From assembly GCA_964291395.2 (NCBI GenBank), contig OZ219856.1, forward strand, positions 2,208,001 to 2,272,000: a stretch of 64,000 bases of DNA, given 5' to 3'. Below are positions 9,674 through 19,911 of this stretch, one piece after another. Below the pieces are notes generated by a model that was not told the DNA's origin, did no database searches, and was given only the letters and a program-made list of their open reading frames with translations. Position numbers and translations under genes: made by a program. Position 1 is the first letter of the stretch. Every line of letters begins with the position of its first letter. The stretch comes from Alphaproteobacteria bacterium (GTDB taxonomy: Bacteria > Pseudomonadota > Alphaproteobacteria > UBA2966).

Positions 9674-10547
9674 CAAACCGATGCTTCTGAATGTTCTTTC
9701 CGAATCCCTGGGAGATACGGTCGAAGATGATGGCGAGCACCACGATCGCGAGGCCGTTCAACAGGCCCAGGGCGAGATACTGATTGGCGACCGCCCGCAA
9801 CACCGGGATACCCAGCCCCGGGACCCCGATCATGGACGCGATAACGACCATCGCCAGCGACATCATGATCGTCTGGTTCACGCCGGCGAAAATATTGGGC
9901 AGCGCCAGGGGAATCTGCACGCCGAACAACTTCTGACGATAGCTGGCGCCGAAGGCGTCGGCGGCTTCAAGTACTTCCCTGTCGACCAGGCGAATTCCCA
10001 GATTGGTCAGACGCACGATCGGGGGAATCGCATAGATGCACACGGCGAGCAGCCCGGGAACCTTTCCGATGCCCAGCAGCATGACGACGGGGATCAGATA
10101 GACGAAGCTCGGAATCGTCTGCATGACGTCGAGCAGGGGCGTGATCAACCCCTGCACGCGGTCGGAGCGCGCCATGGCGACGCCGACGGGAATGCCGACC
10201 ACGATGCAAATGAGCGTGGCGACCGAGATGATGGCCAGCGTGGCCATCGTGTCATGCCACATGCCCAGGTAGCCGATCACGAGAAACGAAGCGACCGTTC
10301 CTCCCACCACCAGCCAGTTGCGCGCGCCGAGCCAAGCCAGCACGGCGATGACGACGACGACCAGCGGCCACGGGCTGTTCTGCAGCAGCTTTTCGAACCA
10401 GACCAGGAAATACAGCAATGGTTCGAAGAACGTCTCCAGCGCCTCGCCGTAGGCGCGGGAGAAATCGCGAAAGCCACGGTCTATGGCCTTCTTCAGGTCG
10501 CGTAGTTCCTGATCCCCCATGGTGGGGAATTCACTGAGAAATTCCAC
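9663..10547 (-). CDS. proW: Glycine betaine/proline-type ABC transporter permease
   Basis: LDVMQTIPSFVYLIP, EAADAFGAS (EAA loop), GVNQTIMMSLAMVVIASMIG. Confidence 0.93.
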   Translation of the reverse strand: MEFLSEFPTMGDQELRDLKKAIDRGFRDFSRAYGEALETFFEPLLYFLVWFEKLLQNSPWPLVVVVIAVLAWLGARNWLVVGGTVASFLVIGYLGMWHDTMATLAIISVATLICIVVGIPVGVAMARSDRVQGLITPLLDVMQTIPSFVYLIPVVMLLGIGKVPGLLAVCIYAIPPIVRLTNLGIRLVDREVLEAADAFGASYRQKLFGVQIPLALPNIFAGVNQTIMMSLAMVVIASMIGVPGLGIPVLRAVANQYLALGLLNGLAIVVLAIIFDRISQGFGKNIQKHRFDGH

Positions 10548-10575
10548 GACTTCTGGCTCTGGCGCGAAACGGTTG

Positions 10576-10608
10576 GGCCCGCCAATACCGAACGATCAGC
10601 GGGCCCAC
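10576..10608 (-). terminator. GC-rich stem-loop between proX and proW
   Basis: TGGGCCCGC...GCGGGCCCA inverted repeat just 3' of the SBP gene. There is no U-tract, so it may be an mRNA-stabilising hairpin rather than a terminator. Confidence 0.3.
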
Positions 10609-10630
10609 GAGACCTGAGAGATTCTCGGAT

Positions 10631-11632
10631 CTAGAGCGAGGATTTCACCTTCGCCGCGGCGTCGGCCGAGACCCACTCGGCCCAGACGCTCTCGTGCTGG
10701 CGCAGGAACTCAAGCGCCGCGTCTTCGCCGGTGGCTTGGTTGTCCACCATGTAGGCCAGCATGCCGTTCATGATGGCGCCTGGAAAGACGCGTGCCCTCA
10801 AGTAGTCGAGCGCCACCCCGCCGGTCTTGTTGAACTCCTCACCGACGACGGTATGCACCTCGGATTCGGTCCACGCCGAGGGTTTCGGGTCCGCGCATTC
10901 CTGTTCCGGCTTGACGATGCAACCGTCCCAATTGTCGCTGCCGCCGAAGGGCACCCCGAACGGTACCTTGACCATGCCGTACTTGCCGATCAGAGCGGTC
11001 GGCGACCAGTAGTATCCGAACCAGTTCTCGCCCCGCTCCACGGCTTTGGCCATGGACCCGTCCAGACCCGCGGCGGAACCGGGGTCGACCAGAACCCAGC
11101 CCATTTCCTCCATATCGAAGGCGCGAAAGAGGTTCGCGTTGGTCAGCTGGCAACCCCAGCCGGCCGGGCAGCCGACAAATGCGCCCTTCGACGAATCTTC
11201 CTGGTGGGGGAACAGGTCGGGGCGTTTCAGGATGTCCAAAACCGTCTTCAGTTCAGGATGTTTCTCGGCCGTGTGCGGCGGAATCCACCAGCCCTCGCCA
11301 AGCCCGGAGATCGGTCCGTCGTTGAGCGAGTGCAGGCGCCCTTCATCCATGGCCGTCTTGAGCGGGTGCCGCACGGCATTGACCCAGAGCTCGCTCGCGA
11401 CGTCGGGCTGACCCTTCTCGTTCATCGACGTGAAGGTCGGCATGGTGTCGCCCGGCACCAACGAAGCGTCGCAGCCGTAACCTCTTTCCAAGATGATCTT
11501 GTCCACGTTGGCCATCAGCTCGGCCGATGCCCAGTTCATGTTCGCGATCGTGACGGTCCCGCACGCTAGCGCGCCGTGGGAAAGCCCCAGCAAAACAGCT
11601 CCTGTCGCCAGGGCCACGAGCCTCTTATTCAT
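10631..11632 (-). CDS. proX: Glycine betaine/proline-type ABC transporter substrate-binding protein
   Basis: Signal peptide MNKRLVALATGAVLLGLSHGALA, NMNWASAE, GCPAGWGCQ, FGYYWSPT; GGAGG RBS upstream of the ATG at 11632. Confidence 0.9.
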   Translation of the reverse strand: MNKRLVALATGAVLLGLSHGALACGTVTIANMNWASAELMANVDKIILERGYGCDASLVPGDTMPTFTSMNEKGQPDVASELWVNAVRHPLKTAMDEGRLHSLNDGPISGLGEGWWIPPHTAEKHPELKTVLDILKRPDLFPHQEDSSKGAFVGCPAGWGCQLTNANLFRAFDMEEMGWVLVDPGSAAGLDGSMAKAVERGENWFGYYWSPTALIGKYGMVKVPFGVPFGGSDNWDGCIVKPEQECADPKPSAWTESEVHTVVGEEFNKTGGVALDYLRARVFPGAIMNGMLAYMVDNQATGEDAALEFLRQHESVWAEWVSADAAAKVKSSL

Positions 11633-11739
11633 ATCCACCTCCCTGCATTTCGGCTTCCGTGACATCGGAGCATAAACGAGATGTCGTGAAATGCACAAAT
11701 CTGTTTCTCACGTAACTCCACGTCACGCGCCCCTTGCGG

Positions 11740-12750
11740 CTACGATGCGGGACCTCCCTCCTCCGCGGGCTCGCCGTATGGGCAGGCTGCAAAGTGGCGG
11801 TTTCCGAAATCGCGCATGGCTGGGCGCTCGCCCGCGCAGGACAATCGTGCCACGGGACAGCGAGTCCGAAACACGCAGCCGGAGGGTGGCGTCAGGGGTG
11901 ACGGCAGGTCGCCCTTCAGCACCGGTACACCGCGCCCGCGCTCGATTGCGGGATCCGGGATCGGAACCGCAGAGACAAGGGCGCGGGTGTAAGGATGGCG
12001 CGAGGCATAGACGAGGTCGCGCGCGGCGGCGTATTCCATCACGCGGCCGAGATAGAACACCATTATCCGGTCGGAGATGTGCTTGACCACGCTCAGGTCG
12101 TGCGCGATGAAGATCAACGCCAAATCGAGCTCACGCTTCAGATCGCCGAGCAGATTGATGATCTGGGCCTGTACGCTCACGTCGAGGGCGGATACCGGTT
12201 CGTCGCATATCACCAGCCGGGGGTGCACGATCAGCGCCCGGGCGATGTTGATGCGCTGGCACTGACCGCCCGAGAATTCGTGCGGGTAGCAGTTCAACTG
12301 ACCCGGCAGCAGGCCCACGCGCTGCATCATCGCCGCCACCCGCGTCCTGACCTCGTCCTTCGGCAGACGGGATTCGTGGGTGGTGAGCGACTCGGCGATG
12401 ATCTCGCCCGCCGTCATCCGAGGATCCAATGCTGCAAGCGGATCCTGGAAGATCATCTGGATGTCGCGACGATGGCGGTGACGGTCCTTGGGCTCCATCG
12501 CCAGCAGGTCCTCACCCCGCCAGAGCGCCTGTCCCCCGGAGGCAGGCACCGTACCCATCAGCGCGCGGGCCAAAGTGGACTTTCCCGACCCACTCTCTCC
12601 CACGATGCCAAGGGTTTCTCCCGGACCCAGGTCGAAGCTCACACCCTGCACGGCCCGTAGCGGCTGCGTGCGCGCCCATGGACGGACTCCCCTCGACCGT
12701 ACGGAGAAGGTAACCGAAAGGTCGCGGACGGAAAGGAGCGGCGCGCTCAT
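11740..12750 (-). CDS. oppF: Oligopeptide ABC transporter ATPase
   Basis: GESGSGKST, FQDP, YPHEFSGGQCQR, DEPVSALDVSVQAQ, HPYT, C-terminal Cys cluster. Confidence 0.93.
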   Translation of the reverse strand: MSAPLLSVRDLSVTFSVRSRGVRPWARTQPLRAVQGVSFDLGPGETLGIVGESGSGKSTLARALMGTVPASGGQALWRGEDLLAMEPKDRHRHRRDIQMIFQDPLAALDPRMTAGEIIAESLTTHESRLPKDEVRTRVAAMMQRVGLLPGQLNCYPHEFSGGQCQRINIARALIVHPRLVICDEPVSALDVSVQAQIINLLGDLKRELDLALIFIAHDLSVVKHISDRIMVFYLGRVMEYAAARDLVYASRHPYTRALVSAVPIPDPAIERGRGVPVLKGDLPSPLTPPSGCVFRTRCPVARLSCAGERPAMRDFGNRHFAACPYGEPAEEGGPAS

Positions 12751-13715
12751 GATGCCCGGTCGAGCGGCCGATGGCAGGCGATCCGGCCGTCGGGAGGAAA
12801 GGGCACGAGCGCCGGTGATTCACGTTCGCAGCGTTCGACCACCCGCGGGCAGCGCACGGCAAAGGGACAGCCGGGGGCAAGCCGGCCCGGATTGGTTGGG
12901 TTGCCGGGAATGGCGGGAAGGCGCTCGTCATCGCGGTCGAGCCTGGGCACCGCCTTCAGCAATCCCCGGGTATAGGGGTGCCGGGGGACCGCGAAGATAC
13001 GGTCTACCGGTCCGCTTTCCATGATCCGCCCCCCGTAGAGAACCACCATCTCGTCACAGTTTCCGGCGACGATTCCCGCGTCATGGGTGACCAGGACGAC
13101 GGCGGTGCCGAACCTGTCCCGAACCTCGGCGAGCAGCCGCATGATCTGGGACTGCACGGTGACGTCGAGGGCGGTGGTCGGCTCATCGGCGATCAGCAGG
13201 CGGGGACGGCAGGCAAGCGCCATCGCGATCAGTACCCGCTGCCGCATGCCGCCGGAAAACTCGTGCGGATACATGCAGATCCGCTCGCTCGCATCCGGGA
13301 CTTCCATTTCATCGAGGAGGCGAACGGACTCGGCGAGTGCTTCGCGCCGGTTCATGCCCCGATGCAGGGTCAACACCTCCGTCATCTGGTCGGCGATACG
13401 CATGTACGGATTGAGCGAAGTCATCGGGTCCTGAAAGATCATGGCGATCTGGCTGGAGCGAACCCGGTTGAGCGCGGCGTCGTCCAGGCCGATGAGCTCG
13501 GCATCGTCGAATTCCACGGAACCGGTGGCGGTGCCGTTGCGGGCCAGCAGACCCATGATGGCGAACATGAGCTGGCTCTTGCCGGAGCCGCTCTCGCCCA
13601 CGACGGCGAGCGACTGGCCCGCCTCGACGGTCAGGTCGACCCCGTTGACCGCGTCGACCCTGCCGTCAATCGTCTCGAAGGACACCCGAAGGTCGCGTAC
13701 CCGCAGCAACGCCAT
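12747..13715 (-). CDS. oppD: Oligopeptide ABC transporter ATPase
   Basis: GESGSGKSQ, FQDPMTSLNP, YPHEFSGGMRQR, DEPTTALDVTVQ. Confidence 0.93.
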   Translation of the reverse strand: MALLRVRDLRVSFETIDGRVDAVNGVDLTVEAGQSLAVVGESGSGKSQLMFAIMGLLARNGTATGSVEFDDAELIGLDDAALNRVRSSQIAMIFQDPMTSLNPYMRIADQMTEVLTLHRGMNRREALAESVRLLDEMEVPDASERICMYPHEFSGGMRQRVLIAMALACRPRLLIADEPTTALDVTVQSQIMRLLAEVRDRFGTAVVLVTHDAGIVAGNCDEMVVLYGGRIMESGPVDRIFAVPRHPYTRGLLKAVPRLDRDDERLPAIPGNPTNPGRLAPGCPFAVRCPRVVERCERESPALVPFPPDGRIACHRPLDRAS

Positions 13716-13718
13716 GGC

Positions 13719-14651
13719 TCAGCGGTCCTTCGGGTCGAGCGCATCGCGCAGCCCGTCGCCCAGAAAGAAGAACGAGAACAGCGTGACGAAGAAGAAGAAG
13801 AGCGGAAAGAGAAGCTGCCAGAGCGTGCCGTACTGCATCTGGCTCGCACCGTCGTTGATGAGGGCCCCCCAGCTCGTGTCGGGCTCCTGCACCCCGAGGC
13901 CGAGGAAGCTGATGAAGCTCTCGTAGATGATCATCGAAGGCACCAGCAGCGTGGCGTAGACGATCACCACACCCAGCAGGTTGGGAATGATGTGGCGCAC
14001 GATGATCCTGCGGGGCCGCACGCCGATGGCTACAGCCGCCTCGACGAATTCCCGGTTCTTGATGCTGAGGGTCTGCCCGCGGGCGATCCGGGCCATGTCG
14101 AGCCAGCTGATGAGACCGATGCCCACGAACAGCATCAGGATCGAGCGGCCGAAGACGACCATGAAGATGATCAACACGAACATGTACGGAATGGCCATGA
14201 GCACATCGACGATGCGCATCATGACGCTGTCGAGCCGGCCGCCGAAGTAGCCGGCCGTAGCCCCGTAAAGCGTACCGACCACCACCGAGATCAGCGCACC
14301 CACGATGCCGACCATCAGCGAGATCCGAGTGCCCTGCACCGTGCGCGCGTAAAGATCGCGACCGAGCACGTCCACCCCGAAATAGTGACCGCTGGCGAGC
14401 GAGGGCGCCCCCTTCTCCGCAACGTCGCCGAGTACGGACCAATCGATCTCCTCGTTGGACCAGGACGCGGCCAAGTCGCCGAACAGGGCGAAGACCGCGA
14501 CGAACGCGAGCGCGACCAGGCTCGTTACCGCGGCGCGGTTGCGGAAGAAACGTGTCCGCGCGTCCTGCCAGAGCGAGCGCCCGTCGGGTCCCCGGTCGGT
14601 ACGGGAGCCGGAAATTGCCACCTGGGGGCGTCGTCCGAAGAGGAAAACCAT
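13719..14651 (-). CDS. oppC: Oligopeptide ABC transporter permease
   Basis: RSLWQDARTRFFRNRAA, FGVDVLGRDL, EFVEAA, SFLGLGVQEP. Confidence 0.93.
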   Translation of the reverse strand: MVFLFGRRPQVAISGSRTDRGPDGRSLWQDARTRFFRNRAAVTSLVALAFVAVFALFGDLAASWSNEEIDWSVLGDVAEKGAPSLASGHYFGVDVLGRDLYARTVQGTRISLMVGIVGALISVVVGTLYGATAGYFGGRLDSVMMRIVDVLMAIPYMFVLIIFMVVFGRSILMLFVGIGLISWLDMARIARGQTLSIKNREFVEAAVAIGVRPRRIIVRHIIPNLLGVVIVYATLLVPSMIIYESFISFLGLGVQEPDTSWGALINDGASQMQYGTLWQLLFPLFFFFVTLFSFFFLGDGLRDALDPKDR

Positions 14652-14655
14652 CGCC

Positions 14656-15579
14656 TCAGTACCGGATCCGCGGATCTATCCAGACGTAGAGGAGGTCGAC
14701 CAGCAGACTGAACAGAACGGTCAGCGCACCGGTCAGGATGGTGACTCCCATTATCACCGGATAGTCGCGGTTGAGGGCCGAATTGACGAAGAACTGTCCG
14801 ATGCCGCCGGTTGCGAAGAAGACATCGATCACGACCGAGCCGGTAACCATGCCGACGAAAGCCGGGCCGAGAAAGGAAATCACCGGCAGCATCGCGGGCT
14901 TCAGCGCATGGCCGAAGACGATCCGCCGCCGGGGCAGGCCTTTGGCGCGGGCGGCGCGGATGAAGTCCGAATTCAGCACCTCCAGCATGGAAGAGCGGCT
15001 GATCCGCGCGATCGAGGCCATGAACGATGTCGAGAGGGCGATGACCGGCATCACGACGTAGGACCACTGCCCTCCCTGCCAGCCGCCCCCAGGAAGCCAC
15101 CCCAGCCAGAGCGTGAAGACCAGGGTCAGAATCGGCGCCATGACGAAGTTCGGGAGCACCTGGGCGCCAATCGAGACCCCCACGGCGAGGTAGTCGAGAA
15201 AGGAGTTGTGGCGGACGGCCGCCGTGACCCCGAGCGAAATGCCGGCCAAGACCGCGACCGCGAAGGCCCAGGCGCCGTAGGTGAGGGTCACGGGAAAACC
15301 CTGCCGGATGATCTCGTTGACGGTCTGATCCTTGTATTGAAACGATGGACCGAAATCGAACTCGGTAACGATCGAAACGACGTAGCGCCAGATCTGCACG
15401 ACCAGCGGCTGGTCGAGTCCGTATTTCCGTTCGAGGTTCGCCATGACCTCGGGCGGGAGCACGCGTTCGGTGTCGAACGGCCCGCCAGGGGCAGCGTAAA
15501 TCAATACATAAGAAACGACGATGAGGACGAGCAGCGTCGGTATCGCGACCGCGAGCCGCTTGAGCAGGTAAACGATCAT
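14656..15579 (-). CDS. oppB: Oligopeptide ABC transporter permease
   Basis: APGGPF, YGLDQP, FDFGPSF, FIRAARAKGL, NRDYP, DPRIRY. Confidence 0.93.
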   Translation of the reverse strand: MIVYLLKRLAVAIPTLLVLIVVSYVLIYAAPGGPFDTERVLPPEVMANLERKYGLDQPLVVQIWRYVVSIVTEFDFGPSFQYKDQTVNEIIRQGFPVTLTYGAWAFAVAVLAGISLGVTAAVRHNSFLDYLAVGVSIGAQVLPNFVMAPILTLVFTLWLGWLPGGGWQGGQWSYVVMPVIALSTSFMASIARISRSSMLEVLNSDFIRAARAKGLPRRRIVFGHALKPAMLPVISFLGPAFVGMVTGSVVIDVFFATGGIGQFFVNSALNRDYPVIMGVTILTGALTVLFSLLVDLLYVWIDPRIRY

Positions 15580-15633
15580 CCGGCGCCCCACTGCCGTGGC
15601 CCGTGGCGGAACACCGGGGCACCCCCGCCGCGA

Positions 15634-17262
15634 TCAGTTCGCAACGCGGTACAGGTTCTTGGAGTACCAGTTGTTCTCCACGTTGTTGTAGGGCCAGCCC
15701 TTGATGTCGGCGCGCAACAGAAAAGTATTGGCATAGTGATAGATCGGCACGATAGCCATGTCGTCGGCCAGGAGTCGCTCGACTTCGACGTATATCGCGC
15801 TCGGATCCTCCGCCGTCTTCGAGGCGCGCATCAGCTCGTCCACCTTTTCGTTCGAATACCTGCCGTCGTTGGCACCATGGGTGGTGGTGAGCAGGTCGAG
15901 GAAGGTCGAGGCTTCGTTGTAGTCGCCGCACCAGGCGGAGCGGGCCACGTCGAACTCCTGGTTTCTGCGGATATTGAGGTAGGTTTTCCACTCGAAGTTA
16001 GCGAGTTTGGTCCGGACTCCCAGTTTCTGCTTCCACATCTGGCCGATCACGGTCGCGATCTGCTTGTGGCTTTCGGAGGTGTTGTAGATGAGCCTGAGGG
16101 TTAGATCTCCGACCCCGGACTCGCCGAACAGACGCTTGGCCTCGGCATCCCGCTCGGACTGGCTGAGCCCGGCGTAGGCGATGTCCGGCATCCTGAATCC
16201 GGCCGTCTTGAGGTGAGTGAAGTTGTAGGCCGGCCACTGGCCGCCCTTCAGCAACTGGTCGACGATCACGCCGCGGTCGATCGCCATGCTGAGCGCCTTG
16301 CGTACCCGCGCGTCGCGAAGGGCGGGATTGCCGCTCTCGGTATGGTTGAAGGTGTAGTAATAGGAGCATAGGCGCGGGACGCTCGTGGCCTGGTCCGGCA
16401 GCTCCTTCTTGAGCGCAGGGTATTGTCCGGGCGGCAACGGCTCCAGATGATCGAGTTCTCCGGCGCGATACCGGGTAAGCGCCTGGTTCACGTCGTTGAT
16501 GACGAGGCCCGTGACCTTGTCGATGATCACGTTGTCGGTGCCCCAGTACATCGGGTTCTTGACGCGCGTGTGGTACTCGTTCAGCACCATTTCCTTGAGA
16601 ACGTAGGCGCCGTTCGAGACCATGTTTCCCGGCGCGGTCCACTGCGCTCCGTGGGCCTCGATGGTCGCGCGGTGCACCGGAAAGAGGGTGGCGTAGGTCG
16701 TCATCGCCGGGAAGTAAGGCAAGGGCTCTTCCAGCCTCACTTCGAGGGTGTGGTCGTCGATGGCCCTCGCCCCCAGCTCGGCCGGTGCCTTCTTTCCGGC
16801 GAGGATATCTCCGGCGTTGACCATCTGGGTGAGCTCGATGTACCAGCCATAGGGCGATGCCGTAGCCGGATCGACCGCGCGCCGCCAGGCATAGACGAAA
16901 TCGTGCGCGGTTACCGCATCGCCGTTCGACCACCTGGCGTCCTCGCGCAGCGTGAAGGTGTAGGTCGTATTGTTGTCCGAGGCTGCATAATGCGTGGCCA
17001 CCCCGGGGACGAGGTCGCCGTTCGCATCCTGATTCAACAGGCCCTCGAAGAGGTCACGGATGACGTGGTACCCTGAGGTTTCTTCGTTGAGTTGCGGATC
17101 GAGCGTCGGAAACTGGTCCAGCAGACGGTAGGTAAAGGTCTGATTGTCCGACAATGCCTCGCCGGTTGCGGGATGGGTTCCGGCGGCGTGGACCTGCATG
17201 CCCGCCGCCAGGACGAGGGCTGCGGTTGCGGCCACTGCTTTCAGGGTGGAGGTGAGCGTCAT
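15634..17262 (-). CDS. oppA: Oligopeptide ABC transporter substrate-binding protein
   Basis: Signal peptide, TLDPQ, LFEGL, VPGVA, YTFTLREDARWSNG, AWCGDYNEASTFL. The start at 17262 was chosen from the signal peptide. Confidence 0.92.
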   Translation of the reverse strand: MTLTSTLKAVAATAALVLAAGMQVHAAGTHPATGEALSDNQTFTYRLLDQFPTLDPQLNEETSGYHVIRDLFEGLLNQDANGDLVPGVATHYAASDNNTTYTFTLREDARWSNGDAVTAHDFVYAWRRAVDPATASPYGWYIELTQMVNAGDILAGKKAPAELGARAIDDHTLEVRLEEPLPYFPAMTTYATLFPVHRATIEAHGAQWTAPGNMVSNGAYVLKEMVLNEYHTRVKNPMYWGTDNVIIDKVTGLVINDVNQALTRYRAGELDHLEPLPPGQYPALKKELPDQATSVPRLCSYYYTFNHTESGNPALRDARVRKALSMAIDRGVIVDQLLKGGQWPAYNFTHLKTAGFRMPDIAYAGLSQSERDAEAKRLFGESGVGDLTLRLIYNTSESHKQIATVIGQMWKQKLGVRTKLANFEWKTYLNIRRNQEFDVARSAWCGDYNEASTFLDLLTTTHGANDGRYSNEKVDELMRASKTAEDPSAIYVEVERLLADDMAIVPIYHYANTFLLRADIKGWPYNNVENNWYSKNLYRVAN

Positions 17263-17493
17263 TCGCGGTTTCTCGACCTGCATGGTTCTGTCTATGGGAC
17301 TTGACTCTCCGCGCGGTGATCTCGTCGCGTCGAATTCGTTGCGGCACCGGCGGACCGGATGCCGGCAATGGGTCCACCGTCGCCATCGGACGGCGTCTTG
17401 GAATGTTAATTGATGGTCGGGTTCGGCTCCAGCGGGGTCGAGCCGCGAATCACGCCGAGTCCGATCGCCTTCGGCCCCCGGCATTCGGCGGGT

Positions 17494-19824
17494 TCAGTTC
17501 GCGGCCCGGTGGACGGCGCGCCAGACCCTCTGCGGCGTGGCCGGCCCGTCAAGATGAGTCACCCCGTAGGGCGCCAGGGCGTTGAGAACCGCGTTGGCCA
17601 CCGCCGGGAAGGCGGCGATGGCGCCAGCCTCACCCAATCCCTTCACGCCCAAAGGGTTGGTCGTGCACGGAACGCCCTGAAACGCAAGGTCGAAGGACGG
17701 CAGGTCGTCAGCCCGCGGCAGCGCGTAGTCCATGAAGGATCCGGTCAAGAGCTGGCCCGTGTCCGGATCGTAGACCGCATGCTCCAGCAGGGCTTGGCCG
17801 ACACCCTGGGCAATCGCGCCGTGGACCTGCCCGGCGGCGATCATGGGATTGACGATCACGCCGAAGTCATCGACCGCCACATAGCGTAGCAACGTCACGA
17901 CCCCGGTCTCTGGATCAACCTCCACTTCGGCGATGTGGCAGCCGTTCGGAAAGGTTCCCTGCTCACGGATGTACAGATGGTAAGCTTCGAGGCCCGGTTC
18001 CATGCCCTCGGGCAGGTTGGCGGGGTCGCGAGCCAACCGAGCGACCTCGAAGAGGTCGATGCCGCGGTCCGTCCCCGCCACGCGGAATTGCCCATCGACG
18101 AACTCGATATCCGCCTCGGCCACTTCGAGGAATCGCGCGGCGACCTCCCGCCCCTTGGCGATGATCTTTTCGGCCGCGAAGTGCATCGCCGTCCCCGCCA
18201 TGAACGTGGCGCGGGAACTGCCGTGCCCGCCTCCCTTCGGAACAAGGTCGGTATCGCCCGCCAGGTATCGGACGCGCGCATTGGGCACACCCAGCATCCC
18301 GGAAACCAGTTGTCGGAAGGTGGTCTCGTGCCCCTGGCCGATCGCCGTGGTCCCGGTGATCAACGACACCTGATTGTCGTCGTCGAAGCGAAGTTCCACG
18401 TTCTCTTCGGGGGGACCCATGGTGATCTTGATCTGATGGGCGATCCCATAACCGCGCAGGCGACCCCCCGCCTCCGACCGTTTCCGCCGTGCGTCGAACT
18501 CCGTCAGCTCCAGCTTGGAGACCGCGGTATCCTGGTTGGCGGGGAAATCGCCGCTGTCGATGGTCGTGCCGCGTGAGTTGGTGAACGGCATCTCGGATTC
18601 CGGCACCAGGTTGCGGCGGCGCAATTCCGCGGGATCGAGGTTCATCTCCCGGGCCGCCTGATCGATCACACGCTCCATGAGGTAGACCGCTTCGCTGAAC
18701 CCGGGGCCCCGCGTGACGCCGGTTGGCGCCTCGTTCGTGTGCACGGCCTTGAGGTCGACGTGAAAGACGGGCACCGCGTAGACGGTGCCCATCAGGGCCA
18801 CGTATTGCAGGCTGCCGACCGTCCCCATGGCACCGGTCAGGTAGGCTCCCAGGTTGGCAAATGTCGAAACACGCAGGGCGAGGAACCGTCCGTCGGCGTC
18901 GAGCGCGAGTTCGGCATGACCTACGTGATCGCGGGCCTGATCATCTCCGCTGAAGGTGTCGCCGCGAGTGTTGATACACTTGACGGGTCGACCCGTTTCG
19001 CGGGCCGCCCAAAGGGTCAGCGCGTATTCCGGATAGGGAAAATTCCTGGCCCCGAATCCGCCGCCCACATCCGGCGCAATCAAGCGGACGCACTCGGTCT
19101 CCACCCCCAGCGATGCCGCGACGTTTCCGCGGATCAAGTGCAGTCCCTGGCAGGAAACGTACAGCGTATACCGCTTCGACCCCGCATCGAACGCACCGAT
19201 CGCGCCACGTGGTTCCATCGGATTCGTGATGACTCGGTGGTTGACCACGTCGACGCGCGCCACGTGCGCCGCGGCCTTGAACGCCGCGTCGACCGCAGCC
19301 CGGTCGCCGACGGACTCCTCGGCGCACAGATTGCTGTCGGACCCGTCGTTCAGGGGAATCGCGGCGGCGGCAAGTGCGGCTTCGGGAGTCGTCGTCGCGG
19401 ACAGGCTCTCGTAGCCGACCGCGATGCGCTCACCGGCATCGCGCGCCTGCTCGCGTGTCTCCGCCACCACGACCGCGACCGCCTCCCCCACGTGCCGCAC
19501 GCGATCCACCGCGAGGGGCAGGCGCGGCGGGTGCATGAACGGCTTGGCCGTCAGGGGGCTCCGCGACTGATAGGGCGCGATCGGGCGAATTCCGGCGCTC
19601 GCCTGATCCGGGCCGGTCAGGATGGTGAGAACGCCGGGCGCCGCGCGGGCGTCTTCCGTCTCGATCCCGAGAATGCGGGCATGCGCATGGGGCGATCGGA
19701 GCACGACGGCGTGCACCATACCGTCCAGCACCATATCGTCGACGTATGTGCCGGCGCCGGTCAGGAACCGTTCGTCCTCGACGCGTTTCGGCGCTCCACC
19801 GATGCCGGCTCGGCTCTCGTCCAT
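17494..19824 (-). CDS. Xanthine dehydrogenase/CoxL-family molybdopterin-binding large subunit
   Basis: RVEDERFLTG, RSPHAHA, PMEPRG, DVGGGFG, GQGHET, GQVHGAIAQG, KGLGEAG; active-site loop GVTRGPGF. Confidence 0.92.
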   Translation of the reverse strand: MDESRAGIGGAPKRVEDERFLTGAGTYVDDMVLDGMVHAVVLRSPHAHARILGIETEDARAAPGVLTILTGPDQASAGIRPIAPYQSRSPLTAKPFMHPPRLPLAVDRVRHVGEAVAVVVAETREQARDAGERIAVGYESLSATTTPEAALAAAAIPLNDGSDSNLCAEESVGDRAAVDAAFKAAAHVARVDVVNHRVITNPMEPRGAIGAFDAGSKRYTLYVSCQGLHLIRGNVAASLGVETECVRLIAPDVGGGFGARNFPYPEYALTLWAARETGRPVKCINTRGDTFSGDDQARDHVGHAELALDADGRFLALRVSTFANLGAYLTGAMGTVGSLQYVALMGTVYAVPVFHVDLKAVHTNEAPTGVTRGPGFSEAVYLMERVIDQAAREMNLDPAELRRRNLVPESEMPFTNSRGTTIDSGDFPANQDTAVSKLELTEFDARRKRSEAGGRLRGYGIAHQIKITMGPPEENVELRFDDDNQVSLITGTTAIGQGHETTFRQLVSGMLGVPNARVRYLAGDTDLVPKGGGHGSSRATFMAGTAMHFAAEKIIAKGREVAARFLEVAEADIEFVDGQFRVAGTDRGIDLFEVARLARDPANLPEGMEPGLEAYHLYIREQGTFPNGCHIAEVEVDPETGVVTLLRYVAVDDFGVIVNPMIAAGQVHGAIAQGVGQALLEHAVYDPDTGQLLTGSFMDYALPRADDLPSFDLAFQGVPCTTNPLGVKGLGEAGAIAAFPAVANAVLNALAPYGVTHLDGPATPQRVWRAVHRAAN

Positions 19825-19911
19825 CCTTGTCCTCCCTCCCCTTCCCAATGATACTGACGTCGATGCTACGCACCCGATGCAAAGGGCCGGGCGCAGACAA
19901 GGTTTCCACGA